Source: Terriglobia bacterium (lineage in GTDB: Bacteria > Acidobacteriota > Polarisedimenticolia > Polarisedimenticolales > JAIQFR01). Taken from it: a stretch of DNA of 64,000 nucleotides. Below the pieces are notes generated by a model. The model ran no database searches. It was not told the DNA's origin and was given only the letters and a program-made list of their open reading frames with translations. Numbering within the stretch: the stretch's first letter is position 1; each line of letters begins with the position of its first letter. Positions 59,609 through 64,000 of the stretch are shown piece by piece. Location: the NCBI GenBank assembly GCA_963748015.1, contig CAVVHE010000004.1:576001-640000 (forward strand). Direction: 5' to 3'. The position numbers and the translations under genes were made by a program.

Positions 59609-61429
59609 CTAGGACGCCGCCAGGGACCGCGCCCGCGCCTCGATCTCCTCGAGCGAGAGGCTCGCGCGGCTTCCCTGGCCGACGCCGCTGATGATGCTCT
59701 TCAGGACGCGCGCGGCCACCGCGGAGGCCTGCGCCACCGTGTCGGGGATGTCCTTGGGCCCCTGGCAGACCCCGGCGACGAAGATCCCCCCGCGATCGGT
59801 GCTGGTCGGCTCGATGTTGTAGTCCATCTCGGTGAACCATCCGTCCTCGTCGCGGGCGACTCCCACGACCCCAGAAAGCTCGGAAGCCCCTGCGGCGGGC
59901 TCGAGACCGACGGAGAGGATCACCATGTCCACCGGAAGCTCGACCAGCCGGTCGCTCAGGATGTCCTCCCCCTTGAGGATCATCCCTCCGTCCTTCTCGA
60001 GGACCTTGGCGGAGCGGCCGCGGACCACGAAGACCTCCTCGTGCTTGATCCGCTCGAAGAACTCCTCGTACCCCTTCCCGAAGGCGCGCATGTCGATGTA
60101 GAACTCGTAGCACGTGGCGTCGGGGAGCTTCTCGCGGACCAGGTGGGCGAACTTCAGCGAGTACATGCAGCAGACGCGGCTGCAGTAAGGGTTGTAGTGG
60201 CGGTCCCGCGAGCCGACGCAGTGGAGGATCGCGACGCTCTTCGGCGCGGGCCCGCCCGCGTCGAAGACCCACTCGTCCTCTTTCTTGCGCTTGTTGTGCT
60301 TCAGGGTCTTCATCACGACCGAGCCCCCGGTCGGTCCCGAGGCGTTCGTGAGCCGCTCGAACTCGAGGGCCGTGACCACGTTCGGGAGGACGCCGTAGCC
60401 GTAGCGCTCGATCCGCCGCGCGTCGAAGACTTCGTAGCCGGTGGCGACGATGATGTTGCCGACCTCCACCTCGACCACCTTGTCCTGCTCGTCGAAGTGG
60501 ATCCCTTCCTTGGCGCACTTGCGGAGGCAGGCGCCGCATTTCTTGCCGTTGCTCAGGATGTAGGTGCAGGACTCGCGGTCGATCAGGTAGACGTTGGGCA
60601 CCGCCTGGGGAAACGGCATGTAGATCGCCTTGCGCGTCGTGATGCCGTTGTCGAACTCGCTCGGGACCGACACGGGGCAGACCTCCATGCAGGCGTGACA
60701 GGCCACGCAGCCATCGAGGTCCACGTAGCGGGCCCGCTGGAGGATCTTGACCCGGAAGGCGCCGGGCGTGCCGCTCACCTCCTGGACGTCGGAGCAGGTC
60801 ATCAGCTCGATCATCGGGTGCTGAGCGATCGCGACCATCTTGGGGGTCAGGATGCAGGCGGCGCAGTCGAGCGTGGGGAACGTCTTGTCGAACATCGCCA
60901 TGTGGCCGCCGATCGTTCCCGTCTTCTCGACGAGGATGACCTTCTGGCCGGCATCGGCGATCTCGAGCGCTGCCTGGATGCCGGCGACGCCGCCGCCAAT
61001 GACGAGCGTGACGGGGTTCACCGGCGTGGGCCGGGGCAGGGCGGCCAGTCCGAACGGCACGTCGAGGACCGCGCACGCGACGATGGCCTTCGCGCGGTCG
61101 GTCGAGTGGGCGGCCAGGGCGCCGTGCTGCAGGAACGAAGCGAGACGGACCTCCGACGGATCGCCGCCGGAGAGGGCCACGGCCCGCGTAAACGCCTGCT
61201 TGAAGTAGCCGGGGGAGTCGCCGGCGATGACGACGGTCCGGATCGCCTTCCGCGCGAGCTCGAAGGCGAGGGTCTCGGGGTCGAGGCGCGGCTTCAAGCC
61301 GCGATCCTCGATGTGCACGACACCGGGGAGCGTCGCGGCGTACCTTGCCACCTCGGCGAGATCGACGCCGTCGGGCAGGCCGGTCCCTTCCTGGCAGAAG
61401 AAGACCCCGACGTTCTTCGGAGTGCCCAT
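59609..61429 (-). CDS. hdrA: Heterodisulfide reductase subunit A-like flavoprotein (inserted ferredoxin; degenerate N-terminus; no C-terminal ferredoxin)
   Basis: GGGVAG, KTFPTLDCAACIL, CVACHACMEVCP/CGACLRKC, HCVGSR/CSRVCC, CQGPKDIP. Confidence 0.9.
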   Translation of the reverse strand: MGTPKNVGVFFCQEGTGLPDGVDLAEVARYAATLPGVVHIEDRGLKPRLDPETLAFELARKAIRTVVIAGDSPGYFKQAFTRAVALSGGDPSEVRLASFLQHGALAAHSTDRAKAIVACAVLDVPFGLAALPRPTPVNPVTLVIGGGVAGIQAALEIADAGQKVILVEKTGTIGGHMAMFDKTFPTLDCAACILTPKMVAIAQHPMIELMTCSDVQEVSGTPGAFRVKILQRARYVDLDGCVACHACMEVCPVSVPSEFDNGITTRKAIYMPFPQAVPNVYLIDRESCTYILSNGKKCGACLRKCAKEGIHFDEQDKVVEVEVGNIIVATGYEVFDARRIERYGYGVLPNVVTALEFERLTNASGPTGGSVVMKTLKHNKRKKEDEWVFDAGGPAPKSVAILHCVGSRDRHYNPYCSRVCCMYSLKFAHLVREKLPDATCYEFYIDMRAFGKGYEEFFERIKHEEVFVVRGRSAKVLEKDGGMILKGEDILSDRLVELPVDMVILSVGLEPAAGASELSGVVGVARDEDGWFTEMDYNIEPTSTDRGGIFVAGVCQGPKDIPDTVAQASAVAARVLKSIISGVGQGSRASLSLEEIEARARSLAAS

Positions 61430-61604
61430 CCGCTACACCTCGCTCTCCGGCCGGGAGGCGGCAGGACGCGCCTCGGCGGCTCGACGATCATGCTCTTCGG
61501 GTTGGCCAGGATGAATGCGACGTGGACGCGCGGCCGGGCCGCCGCACAAACAAACACACGAAAGGGAACCCCGATCCCGCATCAAGGGTCCTCCCACCGA
61601 CGTC

Positions 61605-61632
61605 AGTGTACGTCAAAAGGCGAACGGGTCAA
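61605..61632 (-). promoter_or_regulatory. Sigma70 promoter for the hdrA-qmoC-mvh operon
   Basis: TTGACC-N16-TACACT on the minus strand in an AT-richer spacer. Confidence 0.5.
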
Positions 61633-61799
61633 TGAGCGGACTTGTATTCCGCTGCGGAATCTCCCGCGCGGATTCCTTTTTCCTGAACACGTGTGAGACC
61701 GTTGACGCTGAGAAAGACGAACTGTGGAAAAGCGCAGCGTCACGGGCGGCGTAGTCGTTGCAAATCTAAAAGCGTACCAACGGAGTTTGCGGCTCTATT

Positions 61800-62336
61800 T
61801 TACGATGTTGGGCGGCGACCGGACGCGGTGTCGCCGGCGTCCTTCGTTTGCGACCGAGGCCGGCGCTCGAGCCAACGGTCAAGGATCGCCGAGGCGCTTT
61901 GCACGAGGCGAGGCAGCGCGGAGGCGACCTCGGGCGTGAGACCCTCGCGAATCGTGTACGGGTCGTTCACCTCCACCGCGAGAACCTCGATCTCGCGCGG
62001 CAGAGCCACGCCGAGACGCCTGGCGAGATCGAGCACTTCGGGCAGGCCGGCGTAGTGCGGGGAAGGCGCGGTGACCTCGCGGAACGCGTCCCGCGGGATG
62101 GAAAGGACCGTTCCGGGCGCGTGCTCTCCGGTCTTGATCGAGTCGAGAAGGACCGCCCGCTCGTAGCCTTCCAGGATCTCGAGGAGCGCCAAGCCGGCCT
62201 CCCCGGATTCGACGACGTCGGCCGTGGCGCCGTAGCGTTCACGGAGCTCTCGCGCCGCCGCGAGGCCGATGCCGTCGTCTCCCATCACGTCGTTTCCGAG
62301 CGCGAGGACGAGAATCGACGGGCGGCGCGGGCTCAA
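61800..62336 (-). CDS. Hydrogenase maturation protease
   Basis: LVLALGNDVMGDDGIG, AVLLDSI, SPHYAG, EGLTPEV; TTG start overlapping the mvhA stop. Confidence 0.9.
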   Translation of the reverse strand: MSPRRPSILVLALGNDVMGDDGIGLAAARELRERYGATADVVESGEAGLALLEILEGYERAVLLDSIKTGEHAPGTVLSIPRDAFREVTAPSPHYAGLPEVLDLARRLGVALPREIEVLAVEVNDPYTIREGLTPEVASALPRLVQSASAILDRWLERRPRSQTKDAGDTASGRRPTS

Positions 62337-63798
62337 CGGCGGTGTTCCTCGAGGACCCGCCCCGAGGCGTCGCGAAGGGTGACCACGAGCGGCATCTGGC
62401 CCGGCAGCGAGTGCGTCGCGCAGCCGTGGCACGGATCGTAGGCGCGGAACGCCATCTCGATCCGGTTGAGAAGCCCCTCGGAGACCTGGCCACCGCGGAT
62501 CAGTCCCTTCGCGGCCTTCTCCACCCCCATCGCCATGCGGGCGGAGTTCCCTTGCGTGGCGACGATCAGGTTCGCCTTCGTGATGATGCCGTTCTCGTCG
62601 GTCGCGTAGTGGTGGAAGAGCGTGCCGCGCGGAGCTTCGACGGCGCCGATCCCTTCCTTCGGAGCGGCCTTGGGGAGCGTCCTGAGGTCGGAGCCCGCGA
62701 TCGCGGGATCGTCGAGGAGCGAGCACAGCGTCTCGGCCGCCTGCACCATCTCCACCACGCGCGCCCAGTGGTTCGCGAGGGTGTGGTGGACCGGCTTCGG
62801 CCCGAGCACCGAGTACAGCTCGTCGTGGGCCGCCTGCGCCTCGGGGGTCGCCATTCCAAGGGACGCGTTGAGGCGCGCGAGAGGGGCGACGGCGTACACG
62901 CCGCTGTCCTTCCCCTCGACGAAGCCCTTCCAGCCGACGGACTTCAGGTAGCAGAACTTCACGTAGCTCCACGGCTCGACGTGCTCGGCGACGTGGTCGA
63001 GGTAGCGGTCCGCCGCGAACTTCGCGTGCTCCTTGCCGTCCGGGTCCACGACGCGCAACTCCCCGTCGTAGAAGCTCACGCGGTTCCGCGCGTCCACCAT
63101 CCCCATGTAGTAGGTCCGATGGGTGTAGGTGTCCGAGGTGATCAGGCTCACGTAGTCGGCGTTGTTCAGCACGACGTCGTGGAAGACCTTCACGCGTGAG
63201 CCGCGCGAACTCGAGCGCTTCCCTCGCCAGCTCGCGGAGCGCGGGGAGATCCTCGGCGGCAACTCCTTTTGCGACCCCGCCGGGCAGGCCGAAGACGGGA
63301 TGGATCGCCTTCCCCGCGATGCGCCCGATCATCTCCCTGAGCCTCCGGCGCATGGAGATCACGGAGCGGCCGAGTTCGAGACCGACCTTCTGGATCACCC
63401 CCGCGACGTTCCGGATGGCCGGCGGCGCATCGGGTCCCACGATGAAGTCCGGGCCGCCGAGCACGTAGACGTGCAGGGCGTGGTCCTCGAGCATGAACGC
63501 GTTGTAGACCAGCTCGCGGACCTTGCGCGCGGTCGCGGTCGGCTCGACGCCGTAGAGGGCGTCGAGGGCCTTCGTCGCGGCCATGTGGTGCGCGGTGGGA
63601 CAGACGCCGCAGATCCGGCTCGTGATCTGGGGCATGTCCTCGGCCGGCCTGCCGACGCTGAACACCTCGAAGCCGCGCAGCTCGGGAACCTGGAAGAAGG
63701 CCCGCTCCACGTCGCCGCGCGTCGTTCAGGAAGATGTCGATCTTCCCGTGCCCTTCGAGGCGGGTGATCGGATCCACGGTAATCCTTCGGGCTTCCAT
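62333..63798 (-). CDS. mvhA: Second group 3c [NiFe]-hydrogenase large subunit (MvhA-like), frameshifted in this sequence
   Basis: TRLEGHG; RICGVC; RAYDPCHGCATH spread over three frames, with shifts near 63717 and 63195. Confidence 0.9.
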
Positions 63799-63836
63799 GA
63801 GTTCCTCGCTCTCCGCCCGCGGGCGGGCGCAAAACG

Positions 63837-63998
63837 TCAACGGACCTCTCGGGCGTCGGTCGGCAGGCTCGCCTTCCTCCGCAGGAGGGAACGGGCGAGG
63901 CCGTAGCGGTAGAAGGTCCCGACCGGATCGGGAATGCCGTCGAGCACTTTCAGGATGGCCGCGTCGTCCTTGGGCTCGATGGACGACGCGATGGACGA
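63837..63998 (-). CDS. mvhG: C-terminus of a second MvhG-like small subunit, truncated by window edge
   Basis: SSIASSIE...GIPDPVGTFYRYGLARSLLRRK aligns with the C-terminus of the MvhG at 55341-56303. Confidence 0.8.
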   Translation of the reverse strand, partial: SSIASSIEPKDDAAILKVLDGIPDPVGTFYRYGLARSLLRRKASLPTDAREVR

Positions 63999-64000
63999 GA

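Noticed and set aside
61755..61785. Possible sigma54 promoter on the minus strand (TGGTACG...TTGCA)
   Set aside because: The GG-to-GC spacing does not fit the -24/-12 consensus
53875..63798. Selenocysteine (TGA) recoding in hydrogenase or Hdr subunits
   Set aside because: The usual Sec positions carry Cys codons, and the ORF breaks are frameshifts rather than in-frame TGA
1..64000. Many long alternative-frame and antisense ORFs (e.g. 2434-5061, 28653-31655, 35325-38156, 45470-47665)
   Set aside because: Arg/Gly/Pro-rich shadow ORFs expected in very GC-rich DNA; they overlap well-supported genes and have no recognisable motifs
1..64000. CRISPR array, rRNA, integron attC array, transposase genes
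   Set aside because: No regularly spaced repeats or corresponding motifs found by eye; intergenic spaces are short

Overview
A very GC-rich, gene-dense bacterial chromosome segment. The gene content suggests an Acidobacteriota-like anaerobe, but this is inference only. From left to right: (1) housekeeping genes (ABC-2 permease, metallophosphoesterase, ABC-class ATPase, pepF, tRNA-Leu(CAA), carD, rqcH/NFACT, flippase-like protein, nrdR, Hsp20, lon); (2) a 13-kb operon in which an ECF sigma/anti-sigma pair leads a type II secretion/type IV pilus-like machine (mini secretin-N protein, PilC, PilB, PilMNOP-like, TPR-secretin-cohesin, three pseudopilins, an Ig-like lipoprotein); (3) M16 peptidase, dut, MBL hydrolase, purB-purF-purM-purN, radC, GNAT, ArnT-like GT, tyrS, DUF6599-like and DUF362 genes; (4) an accessory cluster of exported lipid-acting enzymes (App1-like phosphatase, HET-C/Zn-phospholipase-like protein with a C2-like tail, lipase, beta-barrel) and a probable group II intron 3' remnant; (5) a hydrogenase region with hypA/hypB, two maturation proteases and two paralogous group 3c (Mvh) [NiFe]-hydrogenase operons, interrupted by an opposite-strand minor-pilin/PilZ cassette. 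The most interesting system is the operon hdrA'-qmoC-like-hdrA''-mvhD-mvhG-mvhA. It has no hdrB, and its two HdrA paralogues have lost complementary Fe-S modules, which suggests an asymmetric, membrane-linked, H2-driven flavin electron-bifurcating complex. Several genes carry single-base frameshifts that look like sequencing or assembly errors. No CRISPR array, rRNA or intact transposase was seen.
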